A stretch of DNA of 43,281 nucleotides, from IMG/VR virus record IMGVR_UViG_3300017645_000047, positions 1 to 43,281 of that record; one strand, written 5' to 3'. Within the stretch, counting starts at the first letter, position 1. Each line of letters opens with the position of its first letter. A program made the position numbers and the translations under genes. This document shows, piece by piece, positions 16,202 through 26,172 of the stretch. The stretch is from a virus (taxonomy: Duplodnaviria; Caudoviricetes). The notes below the pieces were generated by a model. It was not told where the DNA came from and searched no databases. It saw only the letters and a list, made by a program, of their open reading frames with translations.

Positions 16202-17913
16202 TACTTAAGGTCTCCGAAGTTGACTGTCTTAGCGCCAGAGTCAGCTGGCTGGTTTGTGGATGCGGTGGTGGTGTTCGCCTGGGACTGATCGCCCCCGTGC
16301 TTCACCATCTGCTGGATGCGGTTGAGCTTCTGCAGGGCTGCATCCTCGGCTGCCCGAAGGATCTCGACCTTGCGGCGGCCAGTGGGGATTCCCTTGCCCT
16401 CTTCTAGGTCGGAGTACAGCTCCTGCTGGATGTACTGCTGGTACGTCCGGCGGACCTCGGTCTGAGGGTTGATGCCCTGGAGCGTGACCACCTTGGAGAG
16501 CGGGTTGTTCATGAACGCCTTGATGTCGTCCTCCACGGTCTTGAAGGTGGAAGTGACGTAGGGGTCGCGCATGAAGTTGACGCCATCCATGAGCTGCGGC
16601 ATCTCGTCGATCAGCTTCTGCCGGTCGGCTCCGCTGATGCCGTTGAGGTTCATCACGTAGTCCTGCATGGTCTCTGTGTTGACCTTGCTCTCGTCCCCGC
16701 CGATGAACTTGGAGAACTGGTCCCCGAGAGCATCGGTGAAGTTGCCGGTGATCCCTGCTTGCATCACTCGGTCACGGATGAAGGCGGCGTTGCGCGCACT
16801 CACCGTGGGGTTCACGAAGGGCTTGCTGATGTTGTTGGCGACGAACTCAAACACCTCCGGCTGCTTGGCGTAATCGGCGGGGTTGATGTCCTCGCCGTTG
16901 GCCATCCGCTGGAGAGCCGCGAGCTTGCCCTGACGGATCGCCTGAGTGCGCTGGTACTCCTGAATCTGCTTACCCTGGGACCACTTGGCGAAGCGAGCGT
17001 TGTCGATCTGCTCCTTGGCCTTGGCGATCTTCTCCTTGTACTCGGCGTTCAGGAATAGTTGAGGGATTCGGTCAAGCATCCCCTTGTCCTGATTGGCGAT
17101 TGCCGTGGACAGGGCGGTCTCCATGACCACCTTCTTGCGCTCCAGGGGGTTGAGCGACGAGGACTCGCCATAGGTCTTGTCCAGCTGTACGAGGTCGCCC
17201 CCGTTCTTCAGTGTCTCCTCGACGTTGGAGGCGAAGTCGTCGGCCTGGATCTTCTGGTGGTACGAGGCGGTCTCCCGCTGCCAGCCGGTCTCAAACTCCG
17301 AGAGGGACTTGTTGACCTGATCCACGAAGCCGGAGCCATAGAAGGCGTTATCCGGGTTGTCCCCAGCCATGGCAGCCGCTTCGCCTCGGATCTTGTCGAT
17401 CTCGGCAGAGCGGTTCGCAGTGTTCAGCCGGACGCTGTCATCTTCCAGAATCCCTTGGATGCGGTCCTGAATCCACTGCTTGGCCTGGTTACGTCCGATG
17501 GCCTGGGCGATGCGCGCCCGGATGATCGGGGAAGCGTCAGGAGCCAGCTGACCGGCCTGGGCCAGCGACACCGCGCCGACCTCCTTGTCCTTACTGAAGT
17601 CCGCCGCGATCTGGTCCATCTTCTCCTTGTACAGCTCGTCGATGCTCTTCTGCTTCTGAGCCTCGGCGACCTGGGTGTTGTGAGCGATCTTCGCCAGCGC
17701 TGGGCTGAGATCGGCTAGGGAGTTGGCCAGTTGAAGCGCGTCGTTGCCTACACCCGCAGGTACTGCAGGACGCACGAAAGAGCTGACCGGCGCTGCAGAC
17801 GGACGGAGTCCTACCTGCTGCTCGGTGCTGTATCGAACCCCCACTCGCCCGGTGTTCTGCCGCAGCGTGGGTCGAGAGGGTTGGGTGGGCCGCAGCCCGT
17901 CTACAGTTGCCAT
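16201..17913 (-). CDS. Internal virion protein, gp15-like
   Basis: 570 aa helical protein; synteny. Confidence 0.75.
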   Translation of the reverse strand: MATVDGLRPTQPSRPTLRQNTGRVGVRYSTEQQVGLRPSAAPVSSFVRPAVPAGVGNDALQLANSLADLSPALAKIAHNTQVAEAQKQKSIDELYKEKMDQIAADFSKDKEVGAVSLAQAGQLAPDASPIIRARIAQAIGRNQAKQWIQDRIQGILEDDSVRLNTANRSAEIDKIRGEAAAMAGDNPDNAFYGSGFVDQVNKSLSEFETGWQRETASYHQKIQADDFASNVEETLKNGGDLVQLDKTYGESSSLNPLERKKVVMETALSTAIANQDKGMLDRIPQLFLNAEYKEKIAKAKEQIDNARFAKWSQGKQIQEYQRTQAIRQGKLAALQRMANGEDINPADYAKQPEVFEFVANNISKPFVNPTVSARNAAFIRDRVMQAGITGNFTDALGDQFSKFIGGDESKVNTETMQDYVMNLNGISGADRQKLIDEMPQLMDGVNFMRDPYVTSTFKTVEDDIKAFMNNPLSKVVTLQGINPQTEVRRTYQQYIQQELYSDLEEGKGIPTGRRKVEILRAAEDAALQKLNRIQQMVKHGGDQSQANTTTASTNQPADSGAKTVNFGDLK

Positions 17914-17924
17914 TCACTCACCTA

Positions 17925-18464
17925 CTAACTTGACTTGAGGGACTTACCAAAGAAGGTTCCACCCGCGCTCGCATAGGCCTCGCCACCGCTCACCCCGGCC
18001 TTGAAGATCGTGCCGAGGAGACTGGGCTTCACGCCCTTCTGGACCGAGTTGATGCGACTCTGGGTGTCGTTGCTGACGCCGACCATCTGCGACTGGATCT
18101 GTTGGTTGTTCCAGTCGAGGTTCTGCTGGATGGTCGAGACGTCTTTCGAGGAGGCACCGCTGATGTCCCGCAGGACACGCTCGACGGAGAAGCCGGAAAC
18201 TCCAGCCTCACCAGCAGCGACGGTTGCCGTGGAGGATTGACGCAGCGCTTCGAGGCGCCGGTCGTTGATCTGCTGCGAGGCAGCATCAGCGCTCTGCTGG
18301 GCCTGGAGACCGAGGGCGGTCTGGTCGGCTTGCATCGACTTGATGGCCGCAGCCTTGTTCATGTTGTAGAGCTGGGTCTGAGCCTTCGCCTGTTGCTGCG
18401 CAGCTTGGTACTGCATGAAGGTGGATGCGACAGCGAATGCACCCATCACTGCGGGGTTGCACAT
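17925..18464 (-). CDS. Internal virion protein, gp14-like
   Basis: MCNP start, Gln/Ala-rich, AAGEAGVSGFSV motif. Confidence 0.85.
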   Translation of the reverse strand: MCNPAVMGAFAVASTFMQYQAAQQQAKAQTQLYNMNKAAAIKSMQADQTALGLQAQQSADAASQQINDRRLEALRQSSTATVAAGEAGVSGFSVERVLRDISGASSKDVSTIQQNLDWNNQQIQSQMVGVSNDTQSRINSVQKGVKPSLLGTIFKAGVSGGEAYASAGGTFFGKSLKSS

Positions 18465-18928
18465 TAGCGGTCCTCGTGGTGGATCATCTTTGCGAATTCG
18501 TAGAAACGGCTACCGTTGAACTCGAACTCACGCAGGAAGGTGAATCCGGCCCAGCGAAGCCAGCGGATGTGAACTGTGTTTTCCGCGTACACGGCATTCG
18601 CCAGTACCCGGTAGTGGCCGCGCATACGGTCGAGCCATGGCCGCGTCTCTCGGAGAACCTGCACCCAGTGGGCCTTGAGCTGGTCGGAGGCCATCATCCA
18701 GATGAACCCCAGGAGGGGATCACCGGAGGGATGCGTGCCGAAGATGACGTGAGGGGTGTCCTCCGCATCCACGGCGACGTAGCAGGGATCAGGCGAGTTG
18801 ACTCCGACGAGCAGGGACTCCTCCGCAGAGGAATGCCCCGCCGCCTGGATTTCTCGCAGATCTGCTTCTCGGAGGCGCTGGGCAAGGTCGACGGCATCCG
18901 CGTGGGTTGCTCGTCTAACTTTCAGCAT
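18464..18928 (-). CDS. gp13-like internal virion/assembly protein
   Basis: LREADLREI...NAVYAENTVHIRWLRWAGFTF motif; TAATG overlap with gp12. Confidence 0.85.
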   Translation of the reverse strand: MLKVRRATHADAVDLAQRLREADLREIQAAGHSSAEESLLVGVNSPDPCYVAVDAEDTPHVIFGTHPSGDPLLGFIWMMASDQLKAHWVQVLRETRPWLDRMRGHYRVLANAVYAENTVHIRWLRWAGFTFLREFEFNGSRFYEFAKMIHHEDR

Positions 18929-21333
18929 TACAGCCTCTGGGAACGAATCGTGTAGTACGCCTCCCACTCCGCGCTAAGGAAGTAGCACGGCAGGAAGGTG
19001 TCGTTGACGATCTCGATGGTGACGTTGTCGTTCTTGGCCATGATCGGCAGGGAGAACTTGCCCTGCTCAATCGAGACTTGGCCGATCAGGTTCTTACCGG
19101 AGCCGACGACTCGGCCCGAGAAGGTGTACCGGTAGGTGTCCCGCCGGAACGGAGTGACCTCAACCCGGAAGTAGCCCGACTTGTTGTACAGCAGGGACAG
19201 CTTACGGAGCTGGATGCGCCCCTCGCCCACGGTAGACATACCACCGCCAGCCGCCTCCTCCTTGATGACCAGGGTGGAGAACCGGTAGCGAAGCTCGTAG
19301 ACCTTACCGATGAACAGGGGCTGGCCGATGAAGTTGCCCTTGAGGACCAGGGAGGTGTTGCCCGAGGTTGCGTCCACGCCGATGGATACCGGAGTGACCT
19401 TCATGCCAGGGACGCGAGAGCCTCCAACCCCACAGATGACCTCCAGCGTTGCCGTGCTCGGGAGCAGGTAAGGCAGAACGATCGTAGTGGTGTCGTCGTT
19501 CTCCAAGGAAGCATTGCCCTGGTTGAACGTGATCGACCGGAAGGTGGCCTGGGTTGTGACGCTGTCCAGGCTGACCAAGAAGTCCCAACCGTCGTCGGCG
19601 GCGCCCGGCTCCAGATCCATGACCTCCAGGTGAACGCCATCGGCGCGCTGGATGACGAGATACAACTGGGACTCGATGAAGTCGCAGTTGAGGATCTTGT
19701 CGCCGGAGTCGAACACCCACCGGGACCACGAGGCTTGCAGCTTCTCGCCGTCGCTCCAGTAGAACTTGTACGCGAAGATCTGGTTCGGCGCCTGGGCGCT
19801 CAACGCCACGATCACGTCCTCGTTACCGCTTGCCGCCAGCTTGAAGACGTCCCCTGGGATGTACTTCGGGACGTGCCCGGTGATCTCCGCAGCGTCCTCG
19901 GCCTTGGTGTTTCCATCAAGGTAATACTCACGGATGCCGGTGTAGGAACCCCGGTTAACCGCGAAGTACACGTAACGCCCTGTGCCGATGGGCTTGGCCC
20001 GCAGGGAGCACTCGTACTCGGTCGTCTGGTTGACGCTGATGGTGTTCGGCGTCAGTAGGTCGGCAGCCCCCAACTGGAACTGGGTCTGGTCGGAGAACAG
20101 CAGCAGTGTCTCGTTGAACGGGATGGCGTGCCGCAGGATCGATACCTTGGTGTGGCTGACGCTCACGTCGATGGGGTCATCATCGAGCACAGACGTTGCG
20201 GTGCCGATGAAGAAATCGAAGTACGAGCCAGCCTTCGAGAACACGATGCTCTCGTCGGCGATCAGCCCAAGGCGATTCCGGTGGAAGAAGATGTCGGCGA
20301 TCTTCCGGTCGACGAAGGACGGCATCGGGTTGCTGTCCAGATCGCCAACCTTCCGGCTGTCCCAGGTGAGAGGCTTGAAGGTGAAGGTGCCATCGGAGTT
20401 GCGCACCAGGGCGTGAGGCATCGTCAGCGCGTTGAGCGCATCGTACTCACCACCCTTGGCCGTCTCCTTCCACACCCCGCCGTTGGTGCCCGAAGCCGAA
20501 GCGTCGTACTTCACGTAGTAGTTGTCGAAGGAGGACGACTGGTCCCCGGTGACCTCTACGACGAACCCATCGACTGCCCGTGCCGGGAGATCTGAGAACC
20601 GCTGGATCTTGCCCTTCACGACCTTGATGCCGTTGTCCCCGATGGAGTCATCCGTGCTGATGCTGAAGGTGCCGCCGTTCTTCCGGGTGATGTACAGGGT
20701 GGAACCGATCCGGCTGATGTTGAAGTCAGTCAGATTCGCCAGCTGCGCCCGGAGTTGCTCGGCGATGTAGTCGGTGGTGACCTGGGTGACGTGCGAAGCC
20801 TGGGAGCCATCGGGTGCGGTGAAAGTGGCGTAAGGACCGCCACCGTCGATGTACACCTTGTAGCTGGCCCCGTAGGAACCCTGACGCACCCACACCAGGG
20901 CTTCGGGTGCCCGCGCCGGGATGGTACTGGCGGCCTTGGCCACGGTGACGGTCTTGTTGAGGATGAAGGTGTAGTCCGCCACGGTCATGCAGCGGAAGGA
21001 CGACGCTGGGTCGGAGGCAGACAGGTAGCTCACGCCGTTCGGCGTGGTCACCGTCTTCTCGTTGCCAGCGAGGTCAAACACCCGGATCGAGCCGTTCTGC
21101 AGCACCACGACGTAGCGCTCGTTGGAGTCGCGGTTGATCGTGTGGATGTACGCAGAGCTGCCGATACCGGTGAACTTCTTGATGTGCCGGGTGCCAGGGC
21201 GTTTCCGCAGCCCCTCGACAACGGAGGAGTAGCCGTTGATCTGCTCCTCACATTGGGAGGCTAGACGAAGAGCATACGGCTGCTGGCTTACCCCGTTCAC
21301 AAGGTTCGGGATAGTCGTAGAGATCAGGCCCAT
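18928..21333 (-). CDS. Tail tubular protein B / nozzle (gp12)
   Basis: IPNLVNGVSQQP N-terminus, FFHRNRLG, SWSRW; 801 aa. Confidence 0.95.
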   Translation of the reverse strand: MGLISTTIPNLVNGVSQQPYALRLASQCEEQINGYSSVVEGLRKRPGTRHIKKFTGIGSSAYIHTINRDSNERYVVVLQNGSIRVFDLAGNEKTVTTPNGVSYLSASDPASSFRCMTVADYTFILNKTVTVAKAASTIPARAPEALVWVRQGSYGASYKVYIDGGGPYATFTAPDGSQASHVTQVTTDYIAEQLRAQLANLTDFNISRIGSTLYITRKNGGTFSISTDDSIGDNGIKVVKGKIQRFSDLPARAVDGFVVEVTGDQSSSFDNYYVKYDASASGTNGGVWKETAKGGEYDALNALTMPHALVRNSDGTFTFKPLTWDSRKVGDLDSNPMPSFVDRKIADIFFHRNRLGLIADESIVFSKAGSYFDFFIGTATSVLDDDPIDVSVSHTKVSILRHAIPFNETLLLFSDQTQFQLGAADLLTPNTISVNQTTEYECSLRAKPIGTGRYVYFAVNRGSYTGIREYYLDGNTKAEDAAEITGHVPKYIPGDVFKLAASGNEDVIVALSAQAPNQIFAYKFYWSDGEKLQASWSRWVFDSGDKILNCDFIESQLYLVIQRADGVHLEVMDLEPGAADDGWDFLVSLDSVTTQATFRSITFNQGNASLENDDTTTIVLPYLLPSTATLEVICGVGGSRVPGMKVTPVSIGVDATSGNTSLVLKGNFIGQPLFIGKVYELRYRFSTLVIKEEAAGGGMSTVGEGRIQLRKLSLLYNKSGYFRVEVTPFRRDTYRYTFSGRVVGSGKNLIGQVSIEQGKFSLPIMAKNDNVTIEIVNDTFLPCYFLSAEWEAYYTIRSQRL

Positions 21334-21335
21334 AG

Positions 21336-21914
21336 TTAGCGATCCAGAACTCGTGCAACCGAGTAGTTGTCCGAGAGGATGTTGTAATCAGCCGTCTCTG
21401 CTTCCATGTCTCGGAGTGCAGTGAGCAGACGGATTTCATCCTTCGCGGAGAATGTCGAGAGAGTTTCGGAACCAACTACCCGCTCTTGGAAAATACGCGA
21501 GGCTCGAATTGCGATGTACTGCCGAGCGATCTCGGGAAGTTCATCGAACTCCAGCATCGAGACAATATCCACGGTGATCGGGTTGTCGAACTGGTAGGTG
21601 TGATTCCGGCGGTCATACAAACGGGTTCCCCGAAGTACAACATCGATTCCTTCATCAGGACCGACGGTGTCGATTCGGAGGGTTGTTGGCGAGAGGATGA
21701 TTTCCTTCTCGGGGAACGAGGGAGTTAGCAGGAAGTCCTTGTCGATATTCCAATGCCAACCTCTCGCTTGAACTTCACGGCTCACAGTTTGGAGAATCTG
21801 TCGAGCAATGACGGCATCCACAACACCGCTATCAGAAACGGTATTAACTGGCGCTTCGCCAATTGTGGACAGCATCGTATTGATCGCAGACAGTTCAGTT
21901 GTCGCGGATACCAT
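21336..21914 (-). CDS. Tail tubular protein A / adaptor (gp11)
   Basis: TELSAINTMLSTIGEAPV...QARGWHWN. Confidence 0.95.
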   Translation of the reverse strand: MVSATTELSAINTMLSTIGEAPVNTVSDSGVVDAVIARQILQTVSREVQARGWHWNIDKDFLLTPSFPEKEIILSPTTLRIDTVGPDEGIDVVLRGTRLYDRRNHTYQFDNPITVDIVSMLEFDELPEIARQYIAIRASRIFQERVVGSETLSTFSAKDEIRLLTALRDMEAETADYNILSDNYSVARVLDR

Positions 21915-21932
21915 GTTTGTCCTATGTCAAGC

Positions 21933-21966
21933 AAAAAAAGGGGAACTCAATTAAGAGTCCCCCTTT
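21933..21966 (-). terminator. T-phi-like terminator after the major capsid gene
   Basis: Minus strand AAAGGGGGACTCTTAATTGAGTTCCCCTTTTTTT. Confidence 0.85.
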
Positions 21967-21988
21967 AGGATTGAAACTAACGGCCCAA

Positions 21989-22942
21989 TTACGGGACGTT
22001 AGCGGTGGTCAGCTCGATAGCTGCTTCCGGGCGCAGAACGCCGTGGCCGACTGCGTACTTCGCAACCATCAGGGTGCCCTGACGAGCGATCTGGTACTCA
22101 GACTCCATGCCCAGGTCGAGCAGCTTCACGGTACCCACGGCAGACGGGTGCATCACCAGTCCGATGGTGGCCGAGAAGTCGCCCGCGTACTTGTCGCCAG
22201 TACCAGCTTCAACGGTGCCAGGAGCGACGACGCTCTTCGGCAGGTTGTTGGTCTTGACGATGGTGATACCGGCCACACGGATGACGGTGCCATCCGAGTA
22301 GGCGCCGGAGCCGCCCCAGTCGCGGTTCAGAACCTTGGTGCTCGAAGCCAGCTTGTAGAACTCAGCCGGACGGACGAACAGGAAGCGCTGGTCTTCCGGT
22401 ACGTTCTTCTCGTCGAGGATCTGAGCTGCGGCGAACAGAGCATCGGCCAAGCCGTCACCGGAGTTGGTCACGTTTCCGATCTGAGTGCCGCCGAACTGGT
22501 CAGCGTCGTTGATGGTCTTCGCGGTACGAGCGGCCAGAACACCTACTTGCAGGACATGCTTGTCCATGGTGTTGGCCAGCTTGGCGCCCATCTCACGGGT
22601 GTAAGTGGAGCGCACGTCGTAGTGGTTCTTCGCTTCGTCGATGTTTGCGATGAAGGTCGGAGAAACCAGCAGATCATCGATGGTGATGATCTTCTCGGCG
22701 TGCTTCAGAGTACCGCCCAGGATCTCCTGGCCCGGTTGATGGTAATAAGCCGAACCACGGCCCATTACCGGGAAGGAAGCAGACTTACCGTTGGTGATGG
22801 TACGAACTTGGTGTTTGTCCATCATCACGTTGGTTTGCTCGAACGAAGTCAGAACTTCGCCAGCAAACAGTTTCAGAAATAGCGCTTCGGCATCGCCAGC
22901 GCCATTGATCTGACCGAGGCGAGATACGATTGCATCAGCCAT
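21989..22942 (-). CDS. Major capsid protein (gp10)
   Basis: ALFLKLFAGEVLTSF, GKSASFPVMGR, YAVGHGVLRPEAA. Confidence 0.97.
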   Translation of the reverse strand: MADAIVSRLGQINGAGDAEALFLKLFAGEVLTSFEQTNVMMDKHQVRTITNGKSASFPVMGRGSAYYHQPGQEILGGTLKHAEKIITIDDLLVSPTFIANIDEAKNHYDVRSTYTREMGAKLANTMDKHVLQVGVLAARTAKTINDADQFGGTQIGNVTNSGDGLADALFAAAQILDEKNVPEDQRFLFVRPAEFYKLASSTKVLNRDWGGSGAYSDGTVIRVAGITIVKTNNLPKSVVAPGTVEAGTGDKYAGDFSATIGLVMHPSAVGTVKLLDLGMESEYQIARQGTLMVAKYAVGHGVLRPEAAIELTTANVP

Positions 22943-23233
22943 TAGTTGAAAAACCTCATGAACGATTGATAGGAGTTGTGCCCCCAGCAGTCATTCACGC
23001 GCTCACACAAGGTTGTCCTTGAAGACGCACCCGCAGGTTTATCTATAAGGGCCGAGGTTTGTTCATGAATTCCTTTGGTTGCAAAAGTCACCGGCTTTGC
23101 TGCCAGTGCGACTTGAGTTCCCAATCGCTCTTTGACGAGGTGTTTCAGTTGCTCCCGAAGTTGGAAAAAGTGAGGGCGCCAAAAGACGCCCTCGAAAGGA
23201 ACCAACCAACAGGAGAGCGGAGAAACTTGTTCT

Positions 23234-23251
23234 CCATAAGTGCGTCCTAAT
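23234..23251 (-). promoter_or_regulatory. Phage RNAP promoter (phi10-like)
   Basis: ATTAGGACGCACTTATGG, ~290 bp upstream of the capsid ATG. Confidence 0.87.
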
Positions 23252-23255
23252 TACT

Positions 23256-23678
23256 TCACTTCGCTATGCCTTTCTTTTTCTCCACAGTTCTGAAGCCGGT
23301 GTAGCCAAGGTAACCAGCGGTGAATGTCCACCACAGGTCTTCGGGGATGGCATCGAAGCCGAGCTTCACGTTGCTGAAGAAGGTGTGCATCTGGGTCGGG
23401 TAGAACACACCAACGAAGGGGGCGACCACTACCAGCGAGAGCAGGATCGCGTAGAACACATAGAGGAAGGACGGACGTGCGCGGGAGGTCCAGGGGTCAG
23501 CGCTCCTGGCCTCATCCGCAATGACCGCCATGCGAGCCTCAAGCTCTTTGAGGTCGCCGTCGGATTGCATCTTGAGGAGGTCGAGCTGCGCCTTGGCCTT
23601 GGCCTCTGGATCGGGGAAGAACTTGTCGATCAAGCCCTTCCCTACCTCCAGCAGCCCGCTTGCGATCAGCGGGTTCAT
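23256..23678 (-). CDS. 3TM (GTA-type) holin-family protein
   Basis: GKGLIDKFFPDPEAKAKAQL, WTSRARP, GYLGYTGFRTVEK motifs. Confidence 0.8.
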   Translation of the reverse strand: MNPLIASGLLEVGKGLIDKFFPDPEAKAKAQLDLLKMQSDGDLKELEARMAVIADEARSADPWTSRARPSFLYVFYAILLSLVVVAPFVGVFYPTQMHTFFSNVKLGFDAIPEDLWWTFTAGYLGYTGFRTVEKKKGIAK

Positions 23679-23687
23679 TGGTGCCCC

Positions 23688-24452
23688 TTACATGATGTTG
23701 GAGCGAGCCAGCTTCTGTTCCACCTCACGGCGATACGCCGGGTCGGTGTTGTAGCGCGGGTCTTTCATGGCCGCCGTCAGCTGGGCCAGGGACTCGAAGC
23801 CACCACCCTGCGGGTTGCCGCCGTTGATCAGCTGCGGATCACGACCGACGCTCTTCTGGTACTTGAAGGCCAGACCAATGACTGCGCTGCGGACCACGTC
23901 CATATCGCCGCTGTCGACTGCGTCGTTGTACTTCTGCAGCTCAGCCGGGGCCAGGTTCGCGGCTGCCCAGGCGGCCATCGACTTGAAGGCTGCCTCGCCG
24001 CCTACCTCGTTGAAGATCTGGTCGCGCACCTGCAGGGCTTCTGCTTCGACGCCGCTCAGGTACTGGTCGACGTAGGCGCGCGGAATACCAGCGGCCTCCA
24101 GTGTCTGGTAGTGCTCGTCGGAGAGGCTACGGTTGGCGTTGTAGTAGTCCGCCATCGCATCGAGGTCGACGTTGGCCTTGTCCAGCAGCTCGCCTACCTT
24201 CTCATCGGTGAGTTGCTCCTGGGTAGCCGGGGATTCCGGTTGCTTCTGGCCGAGCTTCTTCTCCAGCTCTTGGTACGCCTTGACCAGCTCTTCCTGGCTG
24301 CCGAACTTGCCCAGGATCTTCTCCTGCGGCTTCGGCTGCTCCAGGGCGGCCAGCTCAGCTTCCTTGCGGTCCACTGCCTCCAGCATGGCCTTGTCGTGCT
24401 CAGCCGGGGCGGTAGTTTCGACGGTGGTTACGGTGTTCAGGGTTTCTGCCAT
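23688..24452 (-). CDS. Capsid scaffold protein (gp9)
   Basis: Acidic; GKFGSQEELVKAYQELEKKLG; AMKDPRYNTDPAYRREVEQKL. Confidence 0.93.
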   Translation of the reverse strand: MAETLNTVTTVETTAPAEHDKAMLEAVDRKEAELAALEQPKPQEKILGKFGSQEELVKAYQELEKKLGQKQPESPATQEQLTDEKVGELLDKANVDLDAMADYYNANRSLSDEHYQTLEAAGIPRAYVDQYLSGVEAEALQVRDQIFNEVGGEAAFKSMAAWAAANLAPAELQKYNDAVDSGDMDVVRSAVIGLAFKYQKSVGRDPQLINGGNPQGGGFESLAQLTAAMKDPRYNTDPAYRREVEQKLARSNIM

Positions 24453-24463
24453 GGATGCTCCTG

Positions 24464-24625
24464 TCAGTGATAGATGACCACCAGCCCGTTGGGGAGCTGA
24501 TGGCGGTGCGATGTTTTTCCATTAGTGCGACCTAATGGCTCAGCCGGTGCCGGAGTGGGGGCAGCCGGAGCTGCCTCCTTCTGTTTGCGCACTCGGCGGT
24601 TCTTCTCTTGGGTGACTTCGGTCAT
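24464..24625 (-). CDS. Small hypothetical protein (53 aa) between portal and scaffold
   Basis: MTEVTQEKNRRVRKQKEAAPAAP...LVIYH; ATGA overlap with the portal stop. Confidence 0.5.
   Translation of the reverse strand: MTEVTQEKNRRVRKQKEAAPAAPTPAPAEPLGRTNGKTSHRHQLPNGLVVIYH
24519..24536 (-). promoter_or_regulatory. Phage RNAP promoter (phi9-like)
   Basis: ATTAGGTCGCACTAATGG. Confidence 0.85.
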
Positions 24626-26169
24626 TGCTTCATTCCTGCCTTGACTGCTTCTTTGGCCATGTCCATTCCGCCCTGCGCCACGACTTGGCCCATGGCGCCC
24701 ATAGCGGCTTGCTGTTGCTGCTGCTGATCGGCGGCCTGGACCTCCTCATCGCTGCGCACCAAGCCCTTCATGTCGATGCCGATGGCGGTGCCACGGCGGG
24801 TCAGGTAGTCGCTCACGTTGAGGTACTTCGAGAGGACTTCCGGGCCGAGCGCCTGGAGGATTCCGTTGATGAACAGGTCGAGCTTGTTCAGGTCATGCCC
24901 ACGCCCGAGCGCCTCCAGGCCGGTCGTGATGGTCGGCTTGACGGTGCCCTTCGGGAGGGACGGGATCTTCCCTGCCTTCTCCAGTTGGAGCAGGAGGCGT
25001 CGAACCAGGGGAAGCTGGAACTCCTGGGAGAGGATCGAGTAGATGCCACCCAGGGCGTCCTCCAGCTCGCCCGCCATGTAGCGGATCTCCTCGGCGGTGA
25101 CACGCTCGCCGGAGCGCTGCACGGAGGTGTTGAGCAGGAAAGCGAAGGAAAGGCGTTGAGATAGTGACTCGATGGTGTCCAGGGCAACACGGAAGTCGTT
25201 GAACTTCTGGAGCTGCAGGACGGAGACATCCTCAGCGCTGCCCGCACGGACGGCGCCGTTGGGTGCCTCGGACAGGGTGCGATGCTCGGTGACGCCGTTG
25301 GGGTTCACGAGGAACAGAACCTTGGCGGCAGCCGCTGAGCCTTCGACGATGGCCTTGGTCAGTGCCTCCAGGGAGCGCAGGTCGCCGTAATATTCCTCGA
25401 CGTATCCACGACCGTAGTCCTCACCGTCGATCTTGGAGAAGCGCAGGGGAATCCAGGGGGACTCGTCCTTCGGGTAAGTGCCTGTGGTGCCGGGCACTAC
25501 CTCGCCCTTCACCTCTTGGTAGACATGCCACTCTCCACCTTCGAGGTAGACTCTGGTGTACAGATCGATGGTCTTGTCGACGCCCTGCTTCGCCTTGTCC
25601 TTCAGCTTCTCGCGGAAGTTCTTGGGCAGCGCCTCGGGGGCAACGGATTCCTTGACGATGATCTCAAGGACGTCACCCATGGGGTCACGACGTACCACGT
25701 AGCGATCCAGGCGGAACGCCTTGAGGCCACCTCCAGGCGCTACATAGAGCAGGGCGTTGCCCGCCACGATGACCTGCTTCAGGCCTTCCCCCACGGTGAC
25801 GCGGATGGCCTGGGCCTCGATCTCCTGCATGACTGCGCGCTCAATCTTGCCCAGGGCTTCCTCCACCTCGGCGCGCATACCCTCCTGCTTCGTGAGCTGT
25901 TCGAGGGTGTAGTCGTCGATGGTGAGCTGGAAGAACGGGCTGTTCGGCGGCATCAGGGCCAGGAGGAACTTGGACGCGAGGTTGTTGACGCCTCTGGCAC
26001 CCAGCCCCTGGTACGGAGTGGACAGCTTGGAGCTACCGGTATGCCCGGCTTCTGGCAGCAGCGAGGGGATCGTCAGCTTCGCCGCGTCACGAGCACGCCG
26101 CAGAAACGGATCGCGCCGACTGGAGAGCGCTTCGTAGCGCCCTGCAGCCGTTACTGCTTGGTTTCCCAT
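24622..26169 (-). CDS. Portal / head-tail connector (gp8)
   Basis: GARGVNNLASK, GEDYGRGYVEEY, ERVTAEEIR, TGLEALGRGHDL. Confidence 0.97.
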   Translation of the reverse strand: MGNQAVTAAGRYEALSSRRDPFLRRARDAAKLTIPSLLPEAGHTGSSKLSTPYQGLGARGVNNLASKFLLALMPPNSPFFQLTIDDYTLEQLTKQEGMRAEVEEALGKIERAVMQEIEAQAIRVTVGEGLKQVIVAGNALLYVAPGGGLKAFRLDRYVVRRDPMGDVLEIIVKESVAPEALPKNFREKLKDKAKQGVDKTIDLYTRVYLEGGEWHVYQEVKGEVVPGTTGTYPKDESPWIPLRFSKIDGEDYGRGYVEEYYGDLRSLEALTKAIVEGSAAAAKVLFLVNPNGVTEHRTLSEAPNGAVRAGSAEDVSVLQLQKFNDFRVALDTIESLSQRLSFAFLLNTSVQRSGERVTAEEIRYMAGELEDALGGIYSILSQEFQLPLVRRLLLQLEKAGKIPSLPKGTVKPTITTGLEALGRGHDLNKLDLFINGILQALGPEVLSKYLNVSDYLTRRGTAIGIDMKGLVRSDEEVQAADQQQQQQAAMGAMGQVVAQGGMDMAKEAVKAGMKQ

Positions 26170-26172
26170 CGA

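Noticed and set aside
21960-22030. T7 10B-type -1 frameshift extension of the capsid
   Set aside because: No slippery sequence noticed near the 3' end, and a terminator follows within ~25 bp
22942-23205. 87-aa ORF upstream of the capsid gene
   Set aside because: No clear RBS or motif and the region is rich in hairpins; treated as a leader, though translation is not excluded
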